Assembly (NCBI GenBank): GCA_973895155.1
Contig: OZ316895.1
Coordinates: 18,710,408 to 18,774,407, forward strand
Length of the DNA stretch: 64,000 nucleotides
Reading direction: 5' to 3'
Source: Marsupella aquatica
Taxonomy: Eukaryota; Plantae; Marchantiophyta
Shown here one piece after another: positions 49,601 to 63,500 of the stretch (position 1 is the stretch's first letter; every line of letters starts with the position of its first letter). Both the position numbers and the translations under genes were made by a program. The notes beneath the pieces are model-generated. The model worked only from the letters and a program-made list of their open reading frames with translations, did not search any database and was not told the DNA's origin.

Positions 49601-51751
49601 TATAGGCACACTATTCACCATCAGCGGAACACTAGTAATAGCCGGTGGCACCACTCCAACTTGCTCCACCACGGAACCGAGTGTCTTACCCAGAGCAATA
49701 GATCCGGTCGTTACCACCTCGGCAGCCACCGGTGGAGTAGTATCCGGAAGATCGACGGGTACAGCATTCGTCGGATCGGCATTCTCATGTAATCTGCAAT
49801 CTCGAGCCAGATGACCTTTTTTGTTGCACTTAAAGCAGTGGAAAGGGATATTTTTAAAGATAATAGGCTGCCAAATTGAGAGGTCCGCCTTAATCTGTAC
49901 CTTCACACTCTGTGGTAGCTCCCTCTGAGTATCCCATAGTATACAAACCCGATCGTGTGGGTAAGAACTCAAATCATCCCCTTGGGTGTAATGCAGTATA
50001 TCTCCCAGGGAGGCAGCCAGCTTGCGACGGCATGGTTCAAGAATAAGAGCCCTGAACGGGATCTCGATCCACACTGGCAGCAACGTAAAGGATTCATTCC
50101 GAATGTCGAAGGAGGGATCCCAGGGAAAAGTAAACACATATTTCTGGTCCAAAAACCAAGGGGCACCCGCCAATGCAAGGTCACGGTGCTCCGGATTTTT
50201 GAAAGCCACCAAATAAAAATTCTTTCCCACAAATTTGATTTGTGTCACCGGCCAGTGCATCTCTTCGACAAAGGTTTTCTCCACCCAGAATTTGAAGGTG
50301 GGTAACATTGGAGCCCTGTCAGTAAAGTAACACATCATGGCACAATTAAAGAGCTCCGTGACGCTAACCGCTGCTTCCTCCAGGGACCATTCGATAGTCG
50401 TGTGCAATTTAGATGGCCAGTCCTGAACAGAGAGGTCAGCAATGCGCCTAAGCAAAGGGACACAGGCCTCCGCTGCTAGCTTATCGGTCTCCACTGGATT
50501 CCCCTGATCCGAAGCAGCATGCCTCCCTGGAGTCCGCACATTAGAGGCAGACCATTGCATTGCATTTGCATTCCTGTCAGCAGATTCTCCAGCAATAGTT
50601 GGCTCGTCCTCCATTCTTTCTCCAATGTCATCATGGAAAGTCGCGCCAGCGTGGTGTGGCCTACGACCTTCTAGATCGTCCATCACTAATCCCTCCTTCT
50701 TCTCCTTGTCCCAGCGAGAGAAGCCATCAGAGTTATCTCCAGAAGGTCGAAGCCCAAACCAGCTCTGGACCGCCACAGCAGGCATGACTGAATAGGCTTC
50801 CTGGTTACCCATGGGTCTAAGCCCACGGTTCCCTTCGGAGCGCGCATCTTGTCAAGAAAATTGATGTTCCATCTCACGACGGGATGTATCATTGGAAGTG
50901 GACGCCGGGAAAGAACATTGAGGTGGTCCCGACTGAACAGTAGGGTCCGCCCAGTATCCAGCACCTCCCTCGGCATCGCGCCGGGAGGTCTTTTCTCTCA
51001 AAAAAGCCGGTCCAGCTCCACGGCCCTGATAGCCATAGTTTGGACGAGTGTGCTCCATATGGTACCAAATGTATCCCGGTCTAGAGGAAAACAACAATTC
51101 CCACCGTTCCAGAGTCAGAAAGATGCACTTTATGGGTGCAAGTTCCGATCAAAGATAGAGGATTGGCTAAAGTAGTAAATTTCAGCACTCCACCGGCATC
51201 CCAAGTTCTCACCGATGATGAAAATCAGATAACGTTCAAGAAGGAAGATCTCACCTCCCCGCCAGAAGATCCTCCTGATGATGATCTCAGATGCAGACCC
51301 CAGTGCCGTGTATGCCAGGGATAAGTCAGCACTTCAATCGATAGCAGGTGACCCTCCAAAGCAGAAACTTATTTTAGCAGATTCCCTAAACCAGTCGTTG
51401 GCACCGAGATTAGATTACTCCACCCAGATTCTTTCACTACTCCCAGATGCTTCATCCGCATTAGCCTTTTCACTCCCTCGACTACACCCACCAGCCACCT
51501 TAGGGTTGACCAAAAACCGCGGCCACGGGCCAAGCACAATGCCCTATTCTTGCGGAAAAGTCCTCCGGGAACCAAAAACTCACCAAAAAAAGTCCTGTTG
51601 ATAGTAGAAACACCTCCGTCTAGGAGATAAGCAAGATTAGTACTTTAAATCATCTAGTCATACATAAGACCCCGACAAAGATCCACACCCTAGTGCTCGT
51701 CAGCTCCGTCAGTGCTCCGCTTCAGCTCCTTCATTCCAGGATCACTGTATC
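43692..51751 (-). mobile_element. Full-length L1-clade LINE with 17-bp TSD
   Basis: TSD CAGGCCATGCAATTCTT at 43675-43691 and 51752-51768; A-rich tail. ORF1 (DUF4283-like, CFKCNKKGHLARDC) starts at 50812. ORF2 47985-44075 (APE: WNVCG, GDFN, SDH; RT: QGCPLSP, FADD; zf-RVT) carries frameshifts. Confidence 0.95.
48339..49096 (+). mobile_element. 5'-truncated RTEX-like LINE copy with (CATTAC)n tail inserted in L1 ORF1
   Basis: Nearly identical to the reverse complement of about 60370-61124; tail at 49070-49096. Confidence 0.95.
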
Positions 51752-52677
51752 CAGGCCATGCAATTCTTACCAAGCCTACTATCATCTACGAGGATAACAA
51801 GCCTTGTGTTGATCAGATCGTTAAGGGCTTTATCAAGGGCGACCGAATCAAACATATTGCCCCCAAATTTTTCCACACGCATGAACAGCACGGGGACCAA
51901 ATCAATGTTCAATGGATACCTTCTAAAGATAATTGCGCTGACCTTTTTACGAAGCCCTTACCTCGCATTCTCCACAAAGCGCATTCGACTGGAATAGGCC
52001 TCCGTAGATTATCGGACTTCACTGAAATCTGACTTCCCCACGATACCTCCTCTGTTCTATGCATATTCTACTGAACGTATGTTCTCCATACTCGAACATT
52101 TCGACACGTCCTATCGAACACTCATTTCGATTCAGCCATACATGATTACACTCCTTTCTTACTATTTTTGACTCATTACATGTAAGGTAGTGACACTCTT
52201 TTTACCCCAGAAGAAAGCGGGGGGTTTTTAATGAGGTCATACCCCAATGAGTTTTTCCATTATACTCATAACTAGGCTTAAATTTATTTCCAAAATGGTT
52301 ACTTTAAGAAACATCAAGTAACCAAGGGGGAGTGTTAGAATATATTTAACCCTTAGTCCATATGATGATACAAAGAGGTATGCAATACCTAGATATAAAG
52401 AGACACAAGACTAGGAGAGGGTAGTTACAACTACCCCAATGTACAATATAAGATAAGCCACATTGGCTTAAGAGAAATTCAATCATCTTTTGTTGGTGTA
52501 TGTATATTTCATAATTTAACAGCTTTGAAGTTAACAAGTGTTAAACCTGTGAAAATGACATTTTTCTTGAAACACTTGATTACTAGCGTCGGGCGCTACC
52601 TAAACTAAAGTTACCATTATGATACAACAAGTCATACATACCCATTGAACGTATACTAAAATGCTATGCCTTACTAT

Positions 52678-53068
52678 AAACCATGAGAATTATGTTTGCC
52701 TAAGATGTAATGCAGTTTTCTAATGGTAAGAATTGGTTGGCTTGGGAGGACATTGTCTACTAGATCAAGCTTGAAGATAGATTTGTAAACCTAGTACAAA
52801 TGCTTACATGGCATGAAAGGTTTTCCTCAAGAATGCCGACGAAAGAAATCCTCACAAGAGCAACAAGCAAAAATGCAAATCTGCACCCAGTAAGTATTTG
52901 CAGTTTGTAGATGTGCATGTGTGCAGATTTGGAATTGTTTTGCGTATGATTTTCCTGATAAAACTTCCATAGCTTTGATAAGAGTCATTGTTTCTTTTGT
53001 TGTTGATTTAATCCTTTTATGGTGTTCTTGAGTGGAATTTGATCTGGAGTTCATCACACGCCCATTCC
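52678..53068 (-). mobile_element. SWIM zinc-finger C-terminus of a GCM/SWIM-type transposase, pseudogenised
   Basis: YWVQICIFACCSCEDFFRRHS*GKPFMPCKHLY*VY is a CxC...CxH SWIM pattern. The family palindrome lies downstream at 52584-52598. Confidence 0.75.
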
Positions 53069-55800
53069 TGTGACGCCGCTAGCACGGTTGGTAATGAGTA
53101 ATATAGCTTAATCCGTGTTAAGCACGTATGAAGTAGACGTAGAAATCCATAGTTATTAGCATAACGACACAAAATTAGCTAGTAATGATGCTTAGGATAG
53201 GTTTTAGTAATAATGGGAGTTCACGCTCAAGCTGGAGGCATGGCACCTGACATATCGTTGGATTAGGGGCGCGTTATGGTTGTCAGCATTGGATGTGTAT
53301 AACTGATCCGGAGGCAGCTCTCTGCTATGCTCTGACCCAGACTAAAGGAGTGATCAATAAGCCTTGTGCATGACAAACTCGGCCTATCGTAAGCAAGAGG
53401 GGCCGACCGATCGATGGACGGCAGGGGTATAAAAGGTGGACTCTTCTCCGTTACAGGTTTACCAATTCTCTCCTTGCGCAAGCTTTGAGCTCGGCCCCTT
53501 TGCGCAGCTTAGTGATTCAGCCATCCCTTGACACTTTGCCATATGTCTGTCACGGTTATGTCCAGTGTTGCTATTTGCTTCTAGTACCAATTCCTATGCA
53601 TTGGTAACCATCTTGCGACCTCACTTGCCAATCATAACCCGCAAAAGTACATAGCCAAAAGGCATTACAAATGGCTTATCCAATTGAATGGGCGCTCTCA
53701 TTACAACAACAACCTCAACCTTCCATTTGAGAGCAAGTACTCTTTGGGTGCACAGATCTCCAAGTTCTTCTTTGAGGGAACCAAGTACCTCGGTTTGGAG
53801 AAGCGCTCCTCTGACTCCCAGATGAGGTTTTCAAGATCCTTGGCACGGTGGACTTACAACGTCATCACTTCAATGACATACCCGCCAGGTTGTAGGCCTT
53901 CCTTGACTGTTGGTTTGGCAATAGTCCAAACTGGGGAGGACCTTCATTCATCACAACATAGCTTGGCTTCCCATCTAGAACTCTGGGCCCCATGACATAT
54001 CCTCCAGCTGCGGCCAACTAACCAGTGCTAGGACAGGCGCAGACGCCGCCCTCAGCACCCTCAAGCCGCTCTTCACCACTGGTTGCACCACCCGTTAGGG
54101 TGCAATCCATGGTGAACGCGGTCAACCTGAGCTCGGAGGACAAGGAAGTTCCTCCACCACTTGTCTGCAAACCGCCAGGAACCCATCAACACAGGACGGG
54201 TAACATGCCACCATCCTAGCAAGCCCACCTCCAAAAGGCGGCCCCGGTGGACAACATGGTGATGGTTGCAGCCCCGACACCAGTATTGATGGCAGTGGCA
54301 ATCCCACCACCACTGGATAAGGAAGACGGGGAGTTGTCCCCCTCAATGAGTCACCCCGGAAACCAATTGCGGGGTAAGAATCCGGCTTTAGTATCCGGCT
54401 TACCCGTTGCCACCGTTGCAGTGGCCAAATTGACCATGCATCGAATGGGGGAGAATGTCCACAAAAACATTCTCCACCCAAAGCATGCATGTTATCTGAA
54501 GACCCAAGGGTTCAAGCACCTTGCCGCCCTCTCCCTTGGAACACTTACAGGTATTACTAGCAAGATATGACGGAGTTCATCCAGAATTTTGACAAGGCCC
54601 GTTAGCAGACCCGTGCGCATGGACAAGTGATGTCCTTCAACGAGGCACAGCTTAAGCTCATCTTTGGCCTACCCAAAAGACAGAATCGGGTAGAATCACG
54701 AGCACTAGGGGGCAAGGGAGCCAAGTACCAGTCCTCAAGCTTCCCACCCAAGGGTTCGGTGGACAACGGCTTCCTCATGCGGACATGCCTCATCCTAGAG
54801 ATAGCGGAGCGGCTGGATTTCTAGAGGTATGTACTCCATATGATGGAGCCACGGGGAGAGATATCTGCCGCCAAGGTGATCCAGGTTAAGAACTACCGGC
54901 CTAGGAAGTGGGCTTCTTTCTTTGTCAAGAAGTTCCACAAGGAAATGGAATGATGAAGGAAGACCTTGTACCTCGGGGGAAATGTGTACCTTGCAAGCCA
55001 CATTGAGATTATCATAGAGTGGTACACCCATTTTGATTGTTGAACCCTTCCTCGGTGCAGCAAGCCTAAACTCACTCTGGCCAGGTGGGTCTTTCTGGCT
55101 CAAGAGAGATGGCCCCAACCTGAGGCCCAAAACCCAGCACCCGTGGCTTCCATCCCCACCCAATCCTGCAACCAACCACTGGAGCCCCTCCTTCCGTACC
55201 GGACGTGGCAGTCATCGCGACCTTGGACGCACAGAACCAAGCCCGAGCAATCATCGCGACCAACCCTATTGCTGACCCCGGGCCGGTAGCCCCAGTTGAG
55301 CAAGCACCTACATCCCCCGCACCGGCACCAATAGAACCTCCTTCCTCCATGGATCTAGCTACCCCTATCTTCATCACCCTAGAGCTGGATTTGTCTGCAC
55401 CCACCCCAACCTAGATAGAAGGAGGTCAGTGCCCAAGAGCCAGCGGCCATGACCTAATGAACCCGGAATACTTTGCTCTGGGTACGTTCTGAATGGGTTG
55501 CTTGATGAGAACCGTAGAAGTCGATTGAGACGTTGGGTTGTTTATGGCCTAAAAGGTGGCGTACTTCTTCAGCCAAAAACTGGTTGCGGCAGTATGGGCA
55601 TGACATGCATAGTCCAAGGCCACAAGGAGGATAGAGCAGTATCGGGTTGAGACAACCTAGCTACTTGACGTGGCCTCAGCCTATGAAACCAAACTACAAC
55701 TTCTCCGGCCCCAGCTTGCAACGGCCTTGGCCCAAATCACCAAAGCCAAAGTCGCCAAATATTCAAACAGGGTCGCCTTGCTTGATTCGCAAACTTTCAC
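53069..55800 (+). mobile_element. TGTGA-terminated element: TATA, FESKY ORF, PMD-like and coiled-coil relics
   Basis: TGTGACG at 53069; TATAAAAG at about 53428. EFIQNFD...SFNEAQLKLIFGLP resembles 15175..15696. Confidence 0.6.
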
Positions 55801-55809
55801 TTTGGACGT

Positions 55810-56020
55810 AGATTAAAGCATTAGACTGCGAGCTTCAATCGCTATGGAAAAGTAGGTTTTTGCTGCGTGGCCAAGGAGGTTTAACCCAGGTTAATGGTAG
55901 ACTCAACCTGGGGTTGTAACACTCCCCCTTGGTTGTACCGTGGAAACATGTTATGGTACAACCAACAAGTCTACCATATATGTGGAGTGTAATTGTTGTA
56001 TCTTTAAGATATGGCCTAAT
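55810..56020 (-). mobile_element. Copia PPT and start of a 3' LTR (fragment)
   Basis: Minus strand reads CAACCAAGGGGGAG-TGTTACAACCC..GGGTTAAACC, like the PPT/LTR junctions at 26041 and 52321. Confidence 0.6.
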
Positions 56021-59000
56021 GAAAAGGAGAAGAAATTGATTTTAGGTGCTGAAGGGAAACTGACGGAGCTGAAGGTGTGTTGGGTGTACTCAAATCTGGT
56101 CTTGTGGATGAGCGTTACGATTGATAGTTGACTGGGTGCTAAGATGCTTACTCCTGTTTAGGGGGGTGTAACTTTTGCGAATGCAGGTGGAAGCGATGGA
56201 AGGGATGCTTGGAGAAGAAAGCTAAAAGAAAAAGTAGGAAGGATTGGCATGGTTTAGGGTCAGTGCTGCTGGTAGATGTAACCGCTGGAGCCCTGCGCAT
56301 GACCCACTACATCTGTTTGAAGAGATAATCTTACTTAGGGAGGTGCGGCATTAGGAAGTGGATTCAGATTACAGCTTGTAAGATTGATTAGCAGCGATCA
56401 GGAAGGACGCGGGGCGGTGCTATTCCAAGGGCGGAGGAAGTATAAGGTGGCGGATGGAAGGTTGCTGAACTTTGTTCGGTTCTAAACATTGAGAGTTGGT
56501 TGGCAATTGCGGGGCGTTATTTGGAGATGTTTACCTTTCTTCAGGGGGGTGCTTTGGCGATTTAGGGTGGGTGGCGGAAGTAAGGGAGATTCTGCTTCAT
56601 TCCGCCTCTTTTCCCTATGATTTTGCGTACACTGAGAGAGAGGAAGTCAAGAGCCATCGCTGAGCAAGTGATTTGGATTAGGGGTCGTGGAACCTAATTA
56701 CACTAGGGTAAGCACGGCCGTGACGGGATCTGGATCGTGACTTCATTTGTAAGGTCGGAGGCGCAACAAGATACGGGACTGACAACTGAGATTAGGATCG
56801 CTGACTGGTGACCCACAGGGAGCTGGGGGGAATTAGTTTTGAGGACCTGAGGGAATTGACAGTAATACCGTTGTCACTGACAACAGGGTAAGACAGGGCA
56901 AAGTAAGAGATCAAAATCTGAAGTATATAGCGGAGAGCAAGGGCAGTGGGCCTTAGAAGCCAAGCGAAGCGGCATGAATCTGACTTAGTAACAGGGATAG
57001 ATTGGGAAAGGAAAAGTTAAAGGGCAGATTGGAAGACCCACAAGGAAAAAAAGGGGAAGTAGAAGCGGTGGGCAGGGGGCACTCACTGTGGGGACTTGCC
57101 ACTGGCGCGGGGAAGGGAAGAATGAACGGCTGACTAACGGGGAGATTACAAAGTAGCAACTCACGGGACAGGGGTGGAGGGACTTTGCTGACACTAGGAA
57201 GGAAGGGCGGATTGAGAGGTGAGAAGGAACCCTCTACTCAAAGTACCATCTAAAATTACTGCTTAAATTATGGAGTTGATAGGGGAGGATAATGCAAGAT
57301 GCTCCTGGCCACCGGCCTTTTTTTGTGGCCCAACAACCCTTTGACTTGTATGCCAATTCCGATCAGGCGCGCAAGCGCCTGGCGGACCCAAAGGAGCCAC
57401 AAGAGAATAGCAATGAGCCTAGGAAGGCAAGAGACAGCGAGATCACATCGGGCCCGACAAAGAGTAGGGCTATTGAGCACGATGCTGAACCTGCCAGAAC
57501 CCCTGGTGCAGGACCTCAGGCCATTGGACCTCAACTGGTCGAGATTAGGGCCCCGACTGAGCGTGAAACACCGGAGAAGGCAGATGGACAGGAAAGGGAA
57601 GGGGTCTCGGATAAATGTATTAACATTTTAAAGGAGATCGCGGACAACACAAAAGGTGATTGGAGCTCTAAGCTATTCACCACGGTGGACTGGAGTCTTG
57701 AGGAAGCAGCGTGCAATGTAAGGCAGTTGTACAACTGTGCAATGTTGTGCTATTTTACTGACTGGACTCCGATGCTGCCAACATTCCGGGCATGGGTGGA
57801 AGACTGGATGGTAGAGAGGCAAGGCAGGTGAAATTCGTTGGGAAAAGTTTCTATATGATTGTATTTGAAAAGGCAGAGCATCGGGATTTGGCTTTAGAGT
57901 GTGCACCGTGGTTCCTGGAGCGGAAATTAGTATTTACCTTCCCCTGGGACCCTTCATTTGATATAAGGTCTGCAAAATTTACTAAGTTACCAGTATGGAT
58001 TGAGCTTCCTTTTCGAGTGCTAGTACTTGAAGGATGTAGGACAAAGATTGCAGAATCACTGGGAAAGCTGCTACATTACATCCAAGGCGATGACTATAGT
58101 TCCTACCCGCACGACAGGGCCTGTATCCTCTGGGATACTGAACGTGAAGTACCTCAAAGTGCACAAGTCAAAATTAGGGAGGATATAATTATCTGGCAAC
58201 CCATCCTGTTTAAGAACATTCCTTTCCATTGCTTTAAGTGCAATAAGAAAGGGCATTTGGCCCGAGAATGCAGGGAAGGTCGGAATGTTGTTGCGGAGGC
58301 TGATCAGGAGAACAAGGGGGAGGCAGCGGATGACACCCCGGAGGAGTTGGATGAGACAGCAGAAGGAGACCCGGAGGAGGTGTTGAGGAGCCAACTAGCA
58401 ATGAATCTTTGGGTGAGATTGGGTGCGGAGGTGGTGGCTACCAGGGAGGATAATACGGTAACTGCGGATATACTAGCGGCGGAATCACTGATGCGAGAGG
58501 AAGCTGCTGCCATGCCAGAGGTTACTAGAGTTGGGAACGGGCAATTAAGCATCTCTAAAGGTGTAGACCCGGGAGAAGGCGACCTGCTGATGCTGCCAAC
58601 TTGCAGAGACGGGGGGACAGCGGAATTGGTTGCACTTACTACACTACCATCTGGGGTGCTTGATGCGGGGCACAAAGCTTTGCACCTGCTGGGATGGCTG
58701 TCTCTACAATTGCTGATTCGATCAAATCACCCAGTGAGGGGGATGGTGCGGACCCAGAAGCCTATTCATATCACGGGGACACGGATGTTGATATGTCAGA
58801 ATATGAAGAGTATGTATCTGGTAAAGGAAAGGAGAGAGCCAGGAAGCTGGACAAGAGGACACCTCCAATTACTAAGAAGGATCGTGCTCCTCAAGAGGCT
58901 AAAAAGCAACGCTCCCTCACTTTCTCATTGTCGTCTGTGCCTGATGTAGGGATCGGAAAGTTGCGGGCACTTGGGGCGATGCAGGATCAACTAACGATGG

Positions 59001-60369
59001 ATATTGCTACTCCAATTGGCACTGATGAAGGGGGGAAATGGAGCGGGCTTCTCCCCACCCGGCGGACTTAGTGATGGAGGAGACAGGGGACATGGATATT
59101 GCAACGCCAAGACGTAGCAGTGGCAGCACCGATTTGGGTACGCCATCGGGAGGGCGGGTACATCTGTAAGCTCAGAGAGAATTGAGGGGGGACCGACTTA
59201 AATGGGTGGGATGCTGAGGGCTGCCTCCTGGAATGTGTGTGGGCTGTGTGAGCCCAACAAAAAGACTACGGTGAAAAACTGGATTGAATCGAGGAAGGAA
59301 AGGCTGGACATTCTAGCACTGCAAGAAATTAAAGTAGATCGGTTAAGGCTGGACATTGCGTTGAGAGCAATCCTGCCTTTGTATCATTGTGTCACGTCTA
59401 TACCGGAGGAGGGACGGGGAGGTACTTCCCTTATGTTACACCCTGACATTAAAGTGGTAGCATCTGGAGTGGTCAATCTCGGGTGTGCAACATGGGCGCT
59501 CGTGGAGTATGAACAGTGCAATTTTGGAATTGTGAGCGTGTACGCTCCCAATTCTTGACGGAGAGCAATTCTATGGAATGAACTAAAGATACTGTTGCCA
59601 CAGTCAAACTGGATTGTTTGTGGGGACTTTAATATGACCGAGAGGCGAGTTGACTCCACTGGGAGCTCGCCCTTTATCCGGGGCCGAGAAGCTGAGTTTT
59701 GGTGATTCTTTAAGGTGAGATTTAATTTGGTGGATGCAATCCTTATGAAGGGGGCAGTAACTAGAGCATGCTTTACCTGGCGTAGGAATAGAAACGGGAT
59801 AATGGTACAATCCCGACTGGACAGGTTTTATTTCAGTGATAATGGGGACTGGATCGAACAGCTACTAGAGCTTGAGCATGACGGAGGTTCAGCCCTTTCG
59901 GACCATGACCCCATTATGGTAGGTGTGCGATTGGTGGGGGGTCTGGGGGGAGACAACAATTGGGTGCGGATTAGACTCTTCAAGGCTAATCCGGCACTGG
60001 TGTTGGTGGAAGGTACCGTGGAGACTCTACAAGAGGCTTGGAATGAGGGGAAAGGCGAGGGCGACGAACCAATATTGGCGTTTGACAAGGCTAGTAGGAA
60101 TCTGAGACGAGCCTACATGGCAAAACAGGCATCACCCAAGGAGCGGGAGGTGGAGATGCTGCTTCTTCGTAATCAGCTGCGGCTGCTTAAGGTGGCAATA
60201 ATGGAAGAAAGCTCAGATAGTGAATTACAGGAATACATTGCAATGGAAGACATATTACATGTAGCGGAATTAGAGGAGGCACATCGAGTAAGACGACTAG
60301 CAAGAATTAAATGGCTGGGAGAGGGTGAGGAGCCCTCCCGATTCTACTTTGCAACGGTAAAGGCCAAAT
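56020..60369 (+). mobile_element. L1-clade LINE 5' part (5' UTR, ORF1, ORF2 endonuclease), interrupted by the RTEX-like LINE
   Basis: ORF1 57292-59071 is homologous to 49019..50812. ORF2 runs from 59202 (ASWNVCGL, GDFN, RLDRFY, SDHDP) to FATVKAK. Confidence 0.92.
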
Positions 60370-60501
60370 GGTAATGGTAATGGTAATGGTAATGTATTAT
60401 AAGCTCCGGGACCATGAAAGTCAAAGGAGCTGCCACAAAAAGTAAAGTACAATGCAATCAAAGAAAAGAGCAACCAAAAGAGATTGCTCAGAAGAGGACA
60501 A

Positions 60502-63500
60502 CTATGTCCTCAAAGAAACTATGGACCTAGAGAGCCCTGAAAGATTTTCCAAACCTATTCTCCTTTCCCTATCCACCGCAAAGATATATCTTCCAAGTTG
60601 TTGAGGGGGCAGACCAAACAATGCATACAAATCTTTCACCAAGATTTGAGATGCCATCCTAACCCCCTCATAAAACTTGCAAGCAATGAATACATGATAT
60701 TCATTCTCTATACTAGAGCTATCACATAGTTGACAAACCCTCTTTTTCCTGTCAATATCCTTCCATCTCCCTTGTTCTACTTCAAGGTGGTGTGAGCTTA
60801 GTCTATCCTGAGCAATAAGTTGTCTAAGTTGTACTGAGATAGTGCTAGATAAGTATTCTTGTTCTCGATATTTCTTCATGGGGTTCACATCTCTCATGTA
60901 GTATTGCTGCCGTGGGCTAGGTTCATGCCAAAGTTTGTGCAAAGCCTTTTGCTCAAGTTTTGCTCTTAGCTTGGTTGGGTGTGTTGGCCATTCATGTTCA
61001 GGAAAATCCCAAGCATGGGCCCACCTGCACACATCTGCATACCACCCTTTAGCTGAAGATGAGCGCAAGGCATGAAAAGGAAATCTGTTTTCCTCCAACT
61101 CTCTTACACGCATGATGTATTTGAGTGTGTGGAAGAGTGCCTCCACCTCCAAAGGAAACAAGCCTGCCTCTGCAAGTGTAAGTGCATATGGGGTTTGTGA
61201 CTTGATCCCAAGCTCCATCTCAAGAAATAGCTTTTGCAGCCCCTCAATCTGTTGCCACCCAGATTTAGACACACCTGCTCCCCAAATTGGTGCTCCATAA
61301 AGAATGACTGGTTTCACCAAAGCTCCAAAGAGATGTTTCCTTAACCTCCAAGTGTGTAGACCAGCTCTTTTGCATTTGTTCATGAATGCATAAAAAGCTC
61401 TGTACCCATTGGCAGCCCTAGATTTTACACATGAGGCCCAACTCAAGTTTTGAGAGAACTCCACCCCAAGGTATTTGTAGGTCCTCACAAATTCCACCAG
61501 ATTCCCTTGGAAGTAGAGCTCTGGATTTTGTCGTGTGCCAATGCCCAAACACTTGGTCTTCTTGAGGTTGACTACCATCCCTGTTGCTTGACAAAACTCC
61601 TCCAAGGCATTGAGATGTCTTTGCAAAGCTTCTTGAGCATGAGCAAGTAGGACCACATCATCTGCAAATATAAGAAGTTGGAGGACAAACCTACCCAATT
61701 GAGTGCCAACTCCACCATGCTCCTCCAAAATGTTGTGTAGCTGATCAATGAAGATGCCAAATAGAGTTGGTGAGAGAGGACAACCTTGGATCACCCCAAG
61801 AGTGCTCCAGATTTCTTCAGAGGTTTCCTTTGAAAGTTTGATGCGCACTTCTTGGTACAATTTAGAAACAGCCAACCTGAGCTCTTCAGGCACTTCCAAC
61901 TCCACCATCCTATCCCAAAGCTTGGATCGGGAAACTTTGTCAAAGGCCTTGGAGAAGTCCACAAACAAGCAAAATAATGGTTTATGTGGAGATTTGGCCT
62001 TTTCACACAACACCCTCAAGCAGAGAATGTGATCCATAGTGCTGAATTCTCTCCTAAAACTTGCTTGTGAAGGTGCCCTTTTCATCTCACTCTCCAACCA
62101 AGAGCTTAATCTGGCTTCAAGTAGTCCTCCCAAAACTTTAGCAAAAGTATTGCCTACCATGATGGTTCTGTAGTTGTGCACATCGTCCTTGTTGCCTGCC
62201 TTGAAGATAGGCACCACTCTTCTGGTCATCCAAGCTTTAGGTAAACCTAAAGCCATTGCTTGATTCAGCTCATGCACCAAGTTTGTTAGTAAAGAGGGTC
62301 CTCCCCACAAAAGAAGCTCCAAGTTCAGGCCCAACAGATCTTTAGCTTTCCCATGTTGCATGTGGGAAAGATGCACCTTCACCTCCCTCTCTGTAAACTG
62401 AATGGTGTCCCCAAGGGGCAAAGGCATGCCACTAGCATCTGGAAAGAAATACAAGGATGTGACATAGGTTACCAGGTCCTGGTGATCCAAGGGGGGAGTA
62501 GTCTTGCCTGATTGCATTCTCTCCCAAAAACGTTTTGGATGTTTGATGAACTCCTCACATAGTGATTGTTGATGACTCTTCAAGAAGCACCTCTTCTTGT
62601 GTTTGATGAAGTTCTTGTACATAGTGAATGCCAAAAGTCTCTTTTCCCCTGAATGTGATCTTGCTTGCATCCTTGCTCTAGCACAATCCTCGTCAAACCA
62701 AGCCTTCATGTTTTGCTTTCTAGGGGGTTTGGTGGAGAAAGTAGAGGCTGCTGCTTGTGCTATGACTTCTGAGAGCTCAATCTGATCATCCAGGGTATGG
62801 AGAAGATGTTCAAAGTTGGCTTTGAAGATGACTTCTCTATCAGGGTCTAGAAACAGAGGTTTGGGTACTGGCTTTCTATGCACTTTGTTTGGGATTGTGG
62901 TCAGGTCAAGATGGAACAACAAAGGCAAGTGTGAAGACTCTGGTTGTTGATCAAGTATTTGAAAGTCAACCACTCTAGTGGCAGAGGTAGGTGAGGCAAG
63001 AAGGTAATCAATGGTACTACATCCTTGTTTAGATCTAAAAGTGTAACCAGATGATTGGGGAAATCTCTCAAGCCCATTCAATATTCTTAGATTACAAGAA
63101 GCTCCCAAATGCAAAAAGTGACGTGTCATGTCATTTGTTCTGGTGTCAAGAGCCTCTCTCACCCAAGGTATCTCTTCACTACATGATGACCAAGGTAAAG
63201 TTCCTAAGTCCTCACTTTCAGTAAATTGTTCATTAGATACCCTGGCATTAAAGTCCCCCACTATCCATGTCTCCCCTAGTGGTGATATATCATGAATGAC
63301 TTGGATTAACCTATGAAATGGATAATGTGCATCAGCAATTCCCATCTTATAGACATTCATATTAAGGGGAGCAAAGTAGGTGACAATCAGAAATGATGGA
63401 GTACCTCTGGTATGAAGTCTCACCACCATGAACTGCTTGCTGGGATCTTCATGTTCAATAGAGGTGATGTGTTGAAGTTGATTCTTGGTGTAGACAGCAA

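Larger units (their letters stand above)
39770..52521 (+). mobile_element. 5'-truncated Bianca-like Ty1/copia element, interrupted by an L1 in RNase H
   Basis: Gag end with CCHC (39785..40276); protease ILDSG and integrase (40288..42171); RT (42297..43187, YVDD). RNase H is split at 43691/51752. PPT at 52324-52332; 3' LTR about 52333-52521. No 5' LTR seen. Confidence 0.92.

Noticed and set aside
51136-51324. Antisense ORF0-like 62-aa ORF in the L1 5' UTR, also at 16442..16630
   Set aside because: GTG start; its preservation is explained by the high DNA identity of the two copies, and it is not evident in the third L1.
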